Below are positions 10,501 to 22,977 of a stretch of 64,000 nt of DNA, piece after piece. A program made the position numbers and the translations under genes. The notes below the pieces were generated by a model. It was not told the DNA's origin and ran no database searches. It was given only the letters and a program-made list of their open reading frames with translations. Each line of letters begins with the position of its first letter. Position 1 is the stretch's first letter. The stretch is from Antedon mediterranea (lineage: Eukaryota; Animalia; Echinodermata), in NCBI RefSeq assembly GCF_964355755.1, contig NC_092678.1:22399365-22463364 (forward strand). The letters are read 5' to 3'.

Positions 10501-13500
10501 GTGGTAGTGATATGCCCAAATGTAGTAGTGATATGCCCAAATGTAGTAGTGATATGCCCAAATGTAGTAGTGATATGCCCAAATGTAGTAGTGATATGCC
10601 CAAATGTGGTAGTGATATGCCCAAATGTGGTAGTGATATGCCTAAATGTGGTAGTGATATGCCTAAATGTGGTAGTGATATGCCCAAATGTAGTAGTGAT
10701 ATGCCCTAATGTAGTAGTGATATGCCCAAATGTAGTAGTGATATGCCCAAATGTAGTAGTGATATGCCCAAATGTGGTAGTGATATGCCCAAATGTGGTA
10801 GTGATATGCCCAAATGTGGTAGTGATATGCCCAAATGTGGTAGTGATATGCCCAAATGTGGTAGTGATATGCCCAAATGTGGTAGTGATATGCCCAAATG
10901 TGGTAGTGATATGCCCTAATGTGGTAGTGATATGCCCAAATGTGGTAGTGATATGCCCAAATGTGGTAGTGATATGCCCAAATGTGGTAGTGATATGCCT
11001 AAATGTGGTAGTGATATGCCCAAATGTGGTAGTGATATGCCCAAATGTGGTAGTGATATGCCCAAATGTGGTAGTGATATGCCTAAATGTGGTAGTGATA
11101 TGCCCAAATGTGGTAGTGATATGCCCAAATGTGGTAGTGATATGCCCAAATGTGGTAGTGATATGCCCAAATGTGGTAGTGATATGCCCAAATGTGGTAG
11201 TGATATGCCCAAATGTGGTAGTGATATGCCCAAATGTGGTAGTGATATGCCTAAATGTGGTAGTGATATGCCCAAATGTGGTAGTGATATGCCCAAATGT
11301 GGTAGTGATATGCCCAAATGTGGTAGTGATATGCCCAAATGTGGTAGTGATATGCCCAAATGTGGTAGTGATATGCCCAAATGTAGTAGTGATATGCCCA
11401 AATGTGGTAGTGATATGCCTAAATGTGGTAGTGATATGCCTAAATGTAGTAGTGATATACCCAAATGTGGTAGTGATATGCCTAAATGTGGTAGTGATAT
11501 GCCCAAATGTAGTAGTGATATGCCCAAATGTAGTAGTGATATGCCCAAATGTAGTAGTGATATGCCCAAATGTAGTAGTGATATGCCCAAATGTGGTAGT
11601 GATATGCCTAAATGTGGTAGTGATATGCCCAAATGTGGTAGTGATATGCCCAAATGTGGTAGTGATATGCCTAAATGTGGTAGTGATATGCCTAAATGTA
11701 GTAGTGATATGCCCAAATGTGGTAGTGATATGCCCAAATGTGGTAGTGATATGCCTAAATGTGGTAGTGATATGCCCAAATGTAGTAGTGATATGCCCAA
11801 ATGTGGTAGTGATATGCCTAAATGTGGTAGTGATATGCCCAAATGTGGTAGTGATATGCCTAAATGTGGTAGTGATATGCCCAAATGTGGTAGTGATATG
11901 CCCAAATGTGGTAGTGATATGCCCAAATGTGGTAGTGATATGCCCAAATGTGGTAGTGATATGCCTAAATGTGGTAGTGATATGCCCAAATGTGGTAGTG
12001 ATATGCCTAAATGTGGTAGTGATATGCCCAAATGTGGTAGTGATATGCCTAAATGTGGTAGTGATATGCCCAAATGTAGTAGTGATATGCCCAAATGTGG
12101 TAGTGATATGCCCAAATGTGGTAGTGATATGCCTAAATGTGGTAGTGATATGCCCAAATGTAGTAGTGATATGCCCAAATGTAGTAGTGATATGCCCAAA
12201 TGTAGTAGTGATATGCCTAAATGTAGTAGTGATATGCCTAAATGTAGTAGTGATATGCCCAAATGTAGTAGTGATATGCCCAAATGTGGTAGTGATATGC
12301 CTAAATGTGGTAGTGATATGCCCAAATGTAGTAGTGATATGCCCAAATGTAGTAGTGATATGCCCAAATGTAGTAGTGATATGCCCTAATGTAGTAGTGA
12401 TATGCCCAAATGTAGTAGTGATATGCCCAAATGTGGTAGTGATATGCCCAAATGTGGTAGTGATATGCCCAAATGTGGTAGTGATATGCCCAAATGTGGT
12501 AGTGATATGCCCAAATGTAGTAGTGATATGCCCAAATGTAGTAGTGATATGCCCAAATGTGGTAGTGATATGCCCAAATGTGGTAGTGATATGCCCAAAT
12601 GTGGTAGTGATATGCCCAAATGTGGTAGTGATATGCCCAAATGTGGTAGTGATATGCCCAAATGTGGTAGTGATATGCCCAAATGTAGTAGTGATATGCC
12701 CTAATGTAGTAGTGATATGCCCAAATGTAGTAGTGATATGCCCAAATGTAGTAGTGATATGCCCAAATGTAGTAGTGATATGCCCAAATGTGGTAGTGAT
12801 ATGCCCAAATGTGGTAGTGATATGCCCAAATGTGGTAGTGATATGCCTAAATGTGGTAGTGATATGCCCAAATGTGGTAGTGATATGCCCAAATGTGGTA
12901 GTGATATGCCCAAATGTGGTAGTGGTATGCCTAAATGTGGTAGTGATATGCCCAAATGTGGTAGTGATATGCCCAAATGTGGTAGTGATATGCCCAAATG
13001 TGGTAGTGATATGCCCAAATGTGGTAGTGATATGCCTAAATGTGGTAGTGATATGCCCAAATGTGGTAGTGATATGCCCAAATGTGGTAGTGATATGCCC
13101 AAATGTGGTAGTGATATGCCTAAATGTGGTAGTGATATGCCCAAATGTGGTAGTGATATGCCCAAATGTGGTAGTGATATGCCCAAATGTGGTAGTGATA
13201 TGCCCAAATGTAGTAGTGATATGCCCAAATGTGGTAGTGATATGCCCAAATGTGGTAGTGATATGCCCAAATGTAGTAGTGATATGCCCTAATGTGGTAG
13301 TGATATGCCTAAATGTGGTAGTGATATGCCCAAATGTAGTAGTGATATGCCCAAATGTAGTAGTGATATGCCCAAATGTAGTAGTGATATGCCCAAATAT
13401 GGTAGTGATATGCCTAAGATATGCCCAAATATAGTAGTGATATGCCCAAATATGGTAATGATATGCCTAAATGTGGTAGTGATATGCCCAAATATTGTAG

Positions 13501-16500
13501 TGACATGCCCACATATGGTAGTGGTATGACATGTCCAATATAGGCACATCACATTTTTTTGTCACATAAAGTTTGATAGTGTAAACAGAGCTTTATTATG
13601 AAAACTATATAAACATATACCACCAAACAAAAATTTTAAATTCGTTTGACATATCTGAATCTTAATTCCTTATTCTTTTTATGTCGACATCAATGACAAT
13701 AAAAAAGTTTAAATATTTGTATGTTTGACCTGTTGTCAGTTTATCATTCTCAACCCATTTTTCTTCTGCCTGTTAACTCCTAAATTTATAAATCAAACTG
13801 ACAGCTTTTGATATTTTCTTCGCCCATCCCAAAAATATTTTACCAACGGAGGCTCCATGAAAAATGAATTCGCCCATTTTTTCACTAGCAGCTGTCCATG
13901 ATGACAGAATAAAGAGGGAGAATTCAAAATAGGCTACCCTTCTTTAAAACTGTAACTGTATTATTGATACTGGAGTCAAATTTAGGAATGTAACTCTTTC
14001 ATTTCTGTGTTTTTTACCCCCCCTTCCCCAGAGAAAACTCAATGGTATTTTTAAGCAAGATCAGAGGGGATTGTCATAAAGCATTATTTCTATTTAATAA
14101 CCTAAGAGTTAGATAATTAAATGTTTTGACATTTTTAAACAGTTTAATTTCTAAACGGTTATAGATTTTGTTGCTATGGGTGACTTTAAACACTTCCCAA
14201 ATTAGAGAGACCCCCACCCACACCCTTCTCTAAAGCAAGATAGTTTTTTGAAATCCACATCACCCTGAAAACCTCTAATTCTAACTGATTTAAAAACTCC
14301 AAAATTCATCAGCTCAAATGAAGCATTCAGTCCAGAATCATGTTTACTAAATTCAATTTTCAGGCCAATTATTTTAGGAATTCAATGAATTATGGTATTT
14401 TGATATTTGTATGATTTTTTTAAAAAGTTCTGCTCCAGTGAAATTTTTGGATTAACCTGTTTTGATCATGTGACCAGCTGATGAGCCTACCACCTGCCTA
14501 ATTCCCCCCTATCTCGACTCGTAAACAGGTCATCTTAGATCCAAAAACCCTTGGTTGAAATGTTTGAGAACAGATTTACAGATTTCCTCCTATAAAATTT
14601 GTCTACAATATCAAACTAGATTGACAAAAAAGTGTGATGTGCCTAAATATGGTAGTGCTATGCCCAAATATGGTAGTGCTATGCCCAAATAAGGTAGTAA
14701 TATGCCCAAGTATGGTAGTAATATGCCCAAGTATGGTAGTAATATGCCTAAATATGGTAGTGATATGTCATCATCATGTCTATATATGTATGGTACATCA
14801 CATTTTTTGTCACATAAACTTTGATAGTGTAGACAGAGCTTAACAGTGTGTGAAAGCATTTAGTATGACAGCATTCTCCTGTTTTTTTTCCCTTCCCATA
14901 TTGATTTACCATTTGAAACATTCAATAGTACGTCTCAATATAAAATTAAATTACATTTAAACTACATGATAAAACATTTACTGTCTCTTGTTTGATATAT
15001 CTTCTTTTTGTCTGCTCTGCTCAGTAAAAAGATATGATTATTACTGCTCACTGTCTGTGTTCCTGTGGTTTGAATATAACTCTCATGAGATCTGCCTATA
15101 TTTAGTAAAATAATTGCAAATTGTACAAACCATGAAAGTCGTTTTTAGTCTGACTTTGGAAGAATGTTTTGTCTATTATATCTGTTAAAAAAAAAAGTTG
15201 GTAACAGTCAATTTAAAACATGGAATTTTTAAAATAAATATTAATTTTAGGTTTTTTTGTTAGATTATAAAAAAAGTAATTTATTAACTGCAAAGCATGT
15301 AATGGTATTAAACTGACATTCCAATACATTACTTAGTTTTATGGAAAAAAAAAATTTGAGGCGTTTGTAATATTAATAGGTAGTTTTTCGAACTTTGTGT
15401 AGGCAGGGGCGTAGGCTATTTGACAACTTATGTCATAAATTAAAGTTTAAATGCAAAGACAAACAAAAAATGAATAAATTAACTTTAAAAGGTCGTCACC
15501 TAATTCACTTATGACATCTTTTAGTGTATTGTTAGTAACAAAAATACCTAAAATTTGCCAATGTGAGTGACTTATGGTACCTGGAGACTTGGACTGTGGG
15601 TAGCTTACTGTCATTTTATGGAAATATATGATACAAGTACTTGGTAACATGTTTTAGTAATTAATTGAAAAATGTAAAGGTGGACATGGCTTGACCACTA
15701 GTGAACAAATCAAGTTTAATTTGACCACAAGTAAAGCAATACCATTTACACATTGGTTGTATTCTATCTGCCAGAATAATATTAAAATACTCTATTTATT
15801 TAGTCCGATGCTGTTTCATGGGCCCAGCTTCCCCTTTAAATTGTTAATATTACAATGCAAAGATAAGACATGATTAGTTTAAAGCTCTGTCTACACTATC
15901 AAACTTTATGTGACAAAAAATGTGATGTGCCCATATATGGACAACCCATATTTGGGTACATCACAATTTTGTTGACAAACTAGTTTGATAGTGTAGACAG
16001 AGCTTTGGTTCAGAACCTAATTTTACAATTTATAGGCCTTGAAGGCCCCCTTTTTCAAAATCGTGGAATCACCACTGCATGTGAGGTGAACAAATATTGA
16101 TTTTTTACATACAGTTGTAGAGAACCTTTCTTTAGCCCACTATTTAGAGTAAACTTATAATGAGTGGAAATATAATACATTATAAAACACTAATGCCAAA
16201 CCATATAATTGGACACCCATATTCATGTGACACGACTTTCCTATATTTTAATTGAACACATTATTGGATCCTAAACGTGTCCCCTTTAGCCACAACACAC
16301 TTTTTTAATAAGGTTCTCTATTTTATTGTACTCATACCATACAAACCTAGTGGTGTTAGGGTTGTAGACTGATTGAATATAGTGGCACTTGATAGGAATG
16401 TTCCTGTTGGCCTACCTTTTACTTACAGGCACCTGCAGACACAATACACTTGTTATTACTTACCAAACATTATTTATTAAGTCTTACTAGTGTTAACTGG

Positions 16501-18070
16501 CCGCTGGTCAAGGTCTAAATTGTGAATTTATTGCCAGTGATAAAATCAATAAACTCAAATGATATTTAATCCACAAAAATGAAAATACCAATACCAAGTG
16601 CAATGGGAATGTTTCTAATGATGGATAAATTCAATTTGTTGAAAGGAATGGTACAAATGAATGTCTTATGCTACCTCTAGGCTATCAATCTTGGCCTGTA
16701 ATTGCTGGCTGTCTTGTTAAAAGTGTATTGTGAATTATTGATAGTGCTGTTGACTTTAAAACCCTTCTAGAAATGTGGATATTATGTTTCTGGGTTGATG
16801 GTAGACAGTTAAATTTTTTAAGGGTAAAACTACTGTAAAAGCAGGGAGGAGTGTAATTTCACTCTTCCATGGTAAAAGTAAATGATCAGAGCACAACGCT
16901 GAAATTGTGGCATAATTTTAAAAATGATTAGAAGGTAGAATAACTTAAATTAAAATCAAATGTTATAGAGAAAAACAATTTAAAAATATTAAACCGTAAA
17001 AATAAAATGAGAATTTGTAACTTAATACTGTACAAAGTTCAGCCATTTGAATCTGTTTAAACTTTAAAATGTTTGTACTGGTTACAAGAAATTGGGACCA
17101 ATTTTGTATAATTATGTTTATGAAAAGAATATTATCATTTAACAAACACAAGGAAGACTTTTAAAAATGATAGCGTACCGTAGGTAATTCGGACAAAAAT
17201 GTTTTGAGTCAAAAGGGCAATATGGGGTGGATTTCCTTCTATCCCCTAAGTATCTAATAATGACATTAAAATATGGTTTCTCTAATTATAATACTCTAGT
17301 GTTTCCTTTTCTCTTTTAGGAGGCTTTCGACAAGGAAATATCGCTGCCCAATGGGAGTACAGGATCTCTTCTTCAGTTCACGTTGCCAGGTCAGACAAGG
17401 TGGGGATTAGGAAATTGGTTATTTCGCTAAAACTATTTGTATGATTTTGTCCTAAAATGTGATTAACATACTGTAATGTAATAGAAGAATCATGTAAAAA
17501 TTATTGTATTACAGTATTACATTGTTTTAAGCTATGTCTACACTATCAAACTTTGTCATATCACTACCATATTTGGGTATATCACTACCATATTTAGGCA
17601 CATCACACTTTTTTTGTCAAACTAGTTTGATAGTGTAGACAGAGGTTTACTCATGAGTTTGTTTGTGTAGAGGCAGTCAGTCACTGTAATAAACTTAAAG
17701 CTTGCTAAATTATTAAAAAAATGATTACATTTGAACTCTCTAAATATGTTTGTCTTCCAGGATCGTGTTCCTTTTGAGTTGGGACATCCACATTGATGAA
17801 GAGGACAAAGTTCACCAGGTCATTGACCTTGTTCCAAAAGCATCGTCAACAGGTAAGCTAATGAGTGGTTTTGATTGGTCGATATTGGCTGACTTCATAA
17901 TTAATTCAATTTTTTTTTAAAGTTTCAATTTTGTTTTCTACTTTGCAGTTTATGATGTTGATGAAAATGACATTTTAAAAAGTTTACCAGAAAAGTTTTT
18001 GTTGATGGTGAAGACCCTTGGCATGGAGCACGCCCTTAGTACTCTGTTTAAAAGTGTCTGTGAACAATAA
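4522..18070 (+). CDS. CENPP: Centromere protein P (CENP-P); exons 4522-4586, 5402-5605, 5986-6055, 6466-6621, 7767-7982, 17320-17399, 17761-17852, 17949-18070
   Basis: Eight GT-AG exons with consistent phases (2,2,0,0,0,2,1) sum to 1005 nt (334 aa + stop). N-terminal coiled coil, then HLQGHCYNQEFDVVFDV, LQPFFQTYSQYAEWYDHRQRTYEHFKE, LSWDIHIDEEDKVHQVIDLVPK and LGMEHALSTLFKSVC, which match recalled vertebrate CENP-P motifs (FFRSLHFFVEWFEYRKRTFKHLKE, VWRIQIDEDGKVFPKLDLLTK, LGIEAALESLIKSLC). Start codon choice is less certain (in-frame ATGs also lie upstream, e.g. 4417). Confidence 0.9.
4681..5366. repeat. Low-complexity CTAG/AGGCCT/TAGT-rich tract in CENP-P intron 1
   Basis: Dense irregular mix of TAGGCCTA, AGCT, CTAG and (TAG)n words without a fixed period. 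Confidence 0.8.
5402..5605 (+). CDS. CENPP: CENP-P exon 2 (coiled-coil region)
   Basis: Acceptor TTTTTTAAAAG, donor GTAAGT at 5606; open frame FPNDQQ...ELDAI. Confidence 0.85.
5986..6055 (+). CDS. CENPP: CENP-P exon 3
   Basis: Acceptor TTCACAG, donor GTAAGT at 6056; 70 nt restores the frame between exons 2 and 4 (EMFKVVEDKHGFRPVNVQLKPHD). Confidence 0.75.
6466..6621 (+). CDS. CENPP: CENP-P exon 4
   Basis: Acceptor TTTTTCTCTCAG, donor GTAAGA; NSLMASLTGIHF...FDVAEVQ. Confidence 0.88.
6676..6813. mobile_element. MITE family A
   Basis: Same TIRs (degenerate) and short internal 21-bp units. Confidence 0.8.
7767..7982 (+). CDS. CENPP: CENP-P exon 5
   Basis: Acceptor TTTTTAG, donor GTATAG; 72 codons ending AEWYDHRQRTYEHFK. 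Confidence 0.9.
8031..13592. mobile_element. MITE family A copy with massively expanded interior
   Basis: Left TIR-like CGGTCTGTCTACGCTATCAAACTAGTTTGAC at 8031, right TIR AAGTTTGATAGTGTAAACAGAGCT ending at 13592; same subterminal sequences as the short copies. Confidence 0.9.
8080..13530. repeat. 21-bp tandem minisatellite, consensus GTAGTGATATGCCCAAATGT(G/A), roughly 260 units
   Basis: Near-uninterrupted 21-bp periodicity over ~5.4 kb; main variants G/A and CCCAAA/CCTAAA/CCCTAA. Confidence 0.99.
14595..14840. mobile_element. MITE family A with about 6-7 internal 21-bp units
   Basis: TIRs TGTCTACAATATCAAACT / TTTGATAGTGTAGACAGAGCT; internal ATGGTAGT(G/A)xTATGCCCAA repeats. Confidence 0.85.
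15883..16004. mobile_element. MITE family A (opposite orientation to the expanded copy)
   Basis: Perfect 23-bp TIR AGCTCTGTCTACACTATCAAACT / AGTTTGATAGTGTAGACAGAGCT. Confidence 0.9.
16112..16328. mobile_element. Degenerate TA-flanked MITE (Tc1/mariner/pogo-like)
   Basis: TA-CAGTTGTAGAGAACCTT ... AAGGTTCTCTATTTTATTG-TA imperfect inverted termini. Confidence 0.4.
17320..17399 (+). CDS. CENPP: CENP-P exon 6
   Basis: Acceptor CTTTTCTCTTTTAG, donor GTGGGG; EAFDKEISLPNGSTGSLLQFTLPGQT. Confidence 0.85.
17530..17646. mobile_element. MITE family A in CENP-P intron 6
   Basis: TIRs present, TTA target duplication on both sides, two internal 21-bp units. Confidence 0.85.
17761..17852 (+). CDS. CENPP: CENP-P exon 7
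   Basis: Acceptor TGTCTTCCAG, donor GTAAGC; IVFLLSWDIHIDEEDKVHQVIDLVPKASST. Confidence 0.9.
17949..18070 (+). CDS. CENPP: CENP-P exon 8 (terminal)
   Basis: Acceptor CTTTGCAG; YDVDENDILKSLPEKFLLMVKTLGMEHALSTLFKSVCEQ*; candidate AATAAA at 18875. Confidence 0.9.
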
Positions 18071-20519
18071 TTTGTCAGATATTAAATATGTGAGTAAATG
18101 ATTATGATTTGTTCTTAGTGCAGTTTTTAAGCGCAACACAAACATTTTTCAAACAGTTTTTTACATAAAATATAACTCTAAGATCCCTTACTAAGGTAAT
18201 ACCTTCAGGACCAAACAAAGGTTCTCCTCAAAAAGTCTGTCCCCTTGATAGGTATTGGATGTAATGATACAGCGTAATTATTTCCTCATGTTTCACAGGG
18301 AAAGTGCCCCCTGAATAGAACATTCCATTGAACTGGTTGTAGTGTTAAAATTACTGATTCTTTCACCCTCAATAAGGGGTGTCCAAAAGAAGGGGTAGCA
18401 ACTGTAGTTAAAAACTTTATTTTGTTAATGTTACAGCACACCTCTTAGCTGTAGTTGTCCCTTCCTCATTCTAGAATGATTAAACTGCTCAGACATACAT
18501 AGATTATTGTATTCGTTCCACCAGGGACCTTCCACTTCATTCAATATACACAATATTTAATGCACATGGATAGGCCTGACAGCTGGGTTGAACATAAACA
18601 ATGGTTGGGATTTGAATAATATAGATATATAATTGTAGCTGTTATCATATTATGATTAATGTATTACTTTGATATATCTTCTCACGATAAGTGTGGTACC
18701 AACAACTCCTTAGATTTCTTTTTTGTTTTTTAAATATGTACATTTAGTTTAGGACTTTATTCATTTCTGACTATATTTACACTATACAAAATGATTTTTA
18801 AACAAAAGTATTATTATTTCTTAAATTATTAAATAGAATATAAAAAAAAAAGCATCATTTAAAGAAGAAAGAACAATAAATAAATCTGTTCCGCTTTTTG
18901 TGAGAAATATTTCTTGTTCAAATTGTATGATTGTACTGTATGTGCTGATATGCTTATAGTTTTCAACAACCCTGTTTTTAACCAAAGAATATCTTATTAA
19001 CTTTTAGATGGATCATTAATTAATTGGTGCAATTCGTGTCATGGAAAAAAGAGCACATCTATACAGAAAATGTAGATGAGTTTGTGTAGAGCGCAGCAGA
19101 TCAGTCTGAAGATTTAAAAGCTGGCGAAGGAAAAAATTCTCTTTGGGAGAGTTGTTTAGATTTGAACTAAGTAATTTTGACTATTAGTAGTCATTTCGTC
19201 CCTGTATCTATCATCACTGGTACATTTAAAGTTCATTACTGTAATGTACTTGCAATGTAAGGGGTCAATTCCTCCCAGGTTATGTACCTGTACAGTACGT
19301 GGTATTATGTATATATTATGGTAGGTGTATCCACTGTACAGTATTTAAGATATTTTAACTAATAATATATATTAATTTAGATTTTTTTTATAATATTGAA
19401 CTATCTAGTTTAAAATGCAGGTACAGACCAAATACCATATTTGACCTATTAATATTAATGGACTATAATTATAATACATTGTAAACCACATTAATTGTAA
19501 GAATATATTGTGATCCATTGGTTCACCTTAGCACAGTGTAAATAATTGTAAATCTTTATATAAATTTGTATTTGTACAGCACTATCTAATACATGTTTGT
19601 AAATCATTTCTTAAAAAGAAAACAAAAAACCCATTAATTTTTGTATTTAAACTGATTACACATTTGTTCACTCACTTTCATTTGCCATTCGATTTTTGCA
19701 TGAACGGCGTTCCATACATATGACTCAATAGCAGTTGTTACTTAAACTTTGTCAACAAAGATTAAATAGTAAAAGTGTCAAAGTGGCGTTAAAAATATTA
19801 AAGACATTATCACCGCAACAAGCTAAAATTGTCTACGTCATTGTAGCCGTCGCGTGATCACGTATCAGCACGCACTTTTGGGTAAAAAAGACAGTCTGTG
19901 TTCCGTAATGCCAACATGCTGCATGTTTTACGCAGAAAAAGCATATAATAATAGCTATACTCGACGCAAATGCTATATTTTAACTATCTGAGCCATTGCA
20001 AGAAAGCATAGGCCTAATTCTCGACGCATGTACTTTTCTTTATACTGGTATCTGGGCTAGTGTCGGTATATCTGTGTAAGTGCACGGTGACGCGTTGGCA
20101 GTGCCGCGTTCACGGTGACGCATTTACGGTTGACGGGTTCATAGTGCCGCGTTCTCATTGAGATATACATGTCACACTCACCAGATTGACCAGGTCAGGG
20201 CTGCCCTGAGCCTTGCAGCAGTTGACAAGGCAATGGTCTTTCTCGGTCACATTGAAATTAAATTAACAACGTTTATTCGTCGGGTTATCTTCAATTTCCA
20301 TGTTGTGTTGATTCATTAGAATTCTCCAAAAAATTGAGTCATTTTCGTGATTATTAAACGATAAGTCACGTGAGTGTATCAGGTGATTGATAGCAGTTGA
20401 CAGGACGGCATCCGTCACTAATCCTACACAAGTTGAGAATCACTCAAACTAAATCACGGTTGTGTTTTATTGAGGGTGGACGGACACTTTATCAACTGCC
20501 TTAATTTGTCTAGTGTTCG

Positions 20520-20805
20520 TTGGGAGAAATGGGCAGTTTCAACTCGACAAAAAAAAGGCGCCAATATAATGTACTATTAGCCTGCCGACAAAAAAGGCGC
20601 AATAAATGCTTCATCATTTAAAAGATGCAACACCTTAATAAAAAGCGTAGTTTTCCTTTCTCGTTTTTGTTGGAGAAATGGACAGTTTCAACTGACAAAA
20701 AAAGGCGCCAATATAATGTACTACTTTTAGCCTGCCGACAAAAGAAGGCGCGATAAATGCTTCATCAATTGCAAGATTCAATACCTTAATAAAAAACGTA
20801 GTTTT
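20520..20805. repeat. Tandem duplication of ~150 bp
   Basis: GGAGAAATGG.CAGTTTCAACT..GGCGCCAATATAATGTACTA..GCCTGCCGACAAAA..CCTTAATAAAAA.CGTAGTTTT occurs twice. Confidence 0.85.
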
Positions 20806-22249
20806 GTTTAGTGTTTTTTACATAGTTAATGAAAGACACTTTCACGTTTTACCTATCAGTATCATTTTTAAAAGGTACCGGTAACGCACTTCCCTTGGGT
20901 TCAAATGACATATTGATTGTCATTAACATGACATGTACACGACAAAAGGTAAACACGTCACTACTCCGGTGGTCCCAAAACCACAGATAATCAGCGAACA
21001 AGTTCGGTAATCTTCAATCAAGGGTACCGCCTTGCTTTCATTAAATATCTCGTGTAAAAATATCTGTGTAATGCGTTTTCCATTGTTTTACCAATCTCGC
21101 TTACATTTGCAGTTTTATAACAGTCATTCGTACAATAGGCCTATGATTGTGCAGAACGTTTTAAAAGATGTATGTTTTATCAGAACAGTATATATGGGAA
21201 GCGTATGGGGCTAAAAGTCAATCTAACTGTAAAATATTTCTTGTAAATGATTGTCACTGTTGGCCCTAAATGCTGCCCATAGTGAAATATAATTTCTGAT
21301 TTGGAGTGTAAATACATACACTTGTTATGACGTGTAAAGTGCATATATACACATCCACTTGTATTGTATAGGGCATAAGTTGTGCGTAGCACGTGCCTAT
21401 GTTAAAGGTATACGGAAACACCCACTACTAGTAGATATACCAAAAAAAAAAAAGGAAAACCACCGATATAATAAACAAACACAAAAAGTTTATATTATAA
21501 TATCGTACAGTCTAGACCGTTATTTATCTTGACTCATCATCATGGAAGAACAACAGCCGGGAAAAGGCTGTTTCCTACGCTACTCGCTTTCCTGATTAAG
21601 CTGATAGGGCCGCTACTTGTACAGGCTTAAGTGATGACAACGTAATTCGTAATTTAAATTGATCGTTTCCGTTTCTAGCACCTGTGGGTATTTTAGTAGA
21701 GAGTTTAATGACACCCATGAGGTGCAATACATGCACGCAATACGCCTATGTGCAGCTTACACCCTTGTTGGTGCGGCACATGAACCGAATTTAGCGTCAT
21801 TGTGAATTTCCAGCGCGCGCGGTGCAATGCATTGCTTCACGCATACATACGTAGAATGTTATCAACGTTGCGCCAGTCGTAAGGGAAATATTCTATTTGA
21901 TAATCTCTCAATATTATATTATTATTTATAAGAGAGATCCATAAGCATACCCATTTCAGTGTCTCAAGAATGATAAAGCTCCGTTCAAACTATAAGCCCT
22001 GAATTCCAATCCCGTGGTCGGATAAAAACAATCGATTTAGGCCTATCGCGCGTTCAGTTTGGGGTCTTAAAGTACCGTGCCCTAGATTTTGACTGAGTTG
22101 TATTTCAAGAACGAATGAAGCAAAACACTAAATCGTGAGAAAATTGCTCTATCAATTAATGGAATTAGTTGCTGTTGTTTACACAAAAGGTTCGCATCAT
22201 TGCTCTTTGATTATTATCAATATCATTTTTTTTCTTCAATGAAACGATT

Positions 22250-22800
22250 GTCACCTCTGCGTGTGTAGTGATAAAGCTAAAGCACCACGTAACACAAATT
22301 CAACGCGTGCGCGCGTACAAAAGTAACGCATACGTACTGGCGCGTACAAAAGTCGTTACCGTTTTATCAACGTTTTAACGCGCTGGTCAAAAATTCTATA
22401 TATTCGCCACGTAGGTCAATTATGTACTCATTAAAAATGTTAAAAACTGAATTATTGCTTCATTATATCACTAATTGAAATACAATAGTATTTAAAGTAA
22501 TCAATTAAAGTCGACAGAAATTTATTGATATGCCCTCCTAAATAGATTTCTATTATTTATTAATCCGAACAATTTACCCTCAAAATGCCAAACATAAAAG
22601 TGGGAAACGTAAGGTCACGAGCGGAAGAAATTGTAGGCGTGGATATTAGCTGGCAGCCAACCAACCGTGCTGCTGCTGGAGCGCTACTCAGGCATTCAAA
22701 ATATTCACCGGTAATATATCGGCCTGATTTCCGCGTCATATTTCAAGAAACACTAGCGAGCCGTACACATATTCATCCAGTAGTTGTCAAGTCCTCAAAA
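22250..22800 (+). promoter_or_regulatory. CpG-enriched putative promoter/5'UTR of the gene at 22978
   Basis: Local CpG enrichment against the AT-rich background; ACGCGTGCGCGCGT, repeated GCGCGTACAAAAGT, CCACGT, AGGTCA and GCGGAAG motifs. Confidence 0.4.
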
Positions 22801-22977
22801 GGCAAGGTCTTAAACGCCTTATAAACCAACACCAAACGTCAACAGTGCTGTATCTGTCTCTTGGATTATTTTATTTTATACAAAACGTATTCATCGTGTA
22901 AAGGAATATTAGTATTGCTTGAAAACAACTCATTTTACGTGTTTTTCTGTTGGTGATAACATTTTAAACTGTGCATT

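Noticed and set aside
9381-13292. CCCTAA telomere-like hexamers in the satellite
   Set aside because: Isolated single-base variants of CCCAAA, never tandem.
8039-13552. Giant ORFs (1787-aa PNVVVIC repeat, MPKCGSD and HLGISLP repeats)
   Set aside because: By-products of a 21-bp unit that lacks stops in several frames; the tract lies inside MITE TIRs within a CENP-P intron and has no unique coding sequence.
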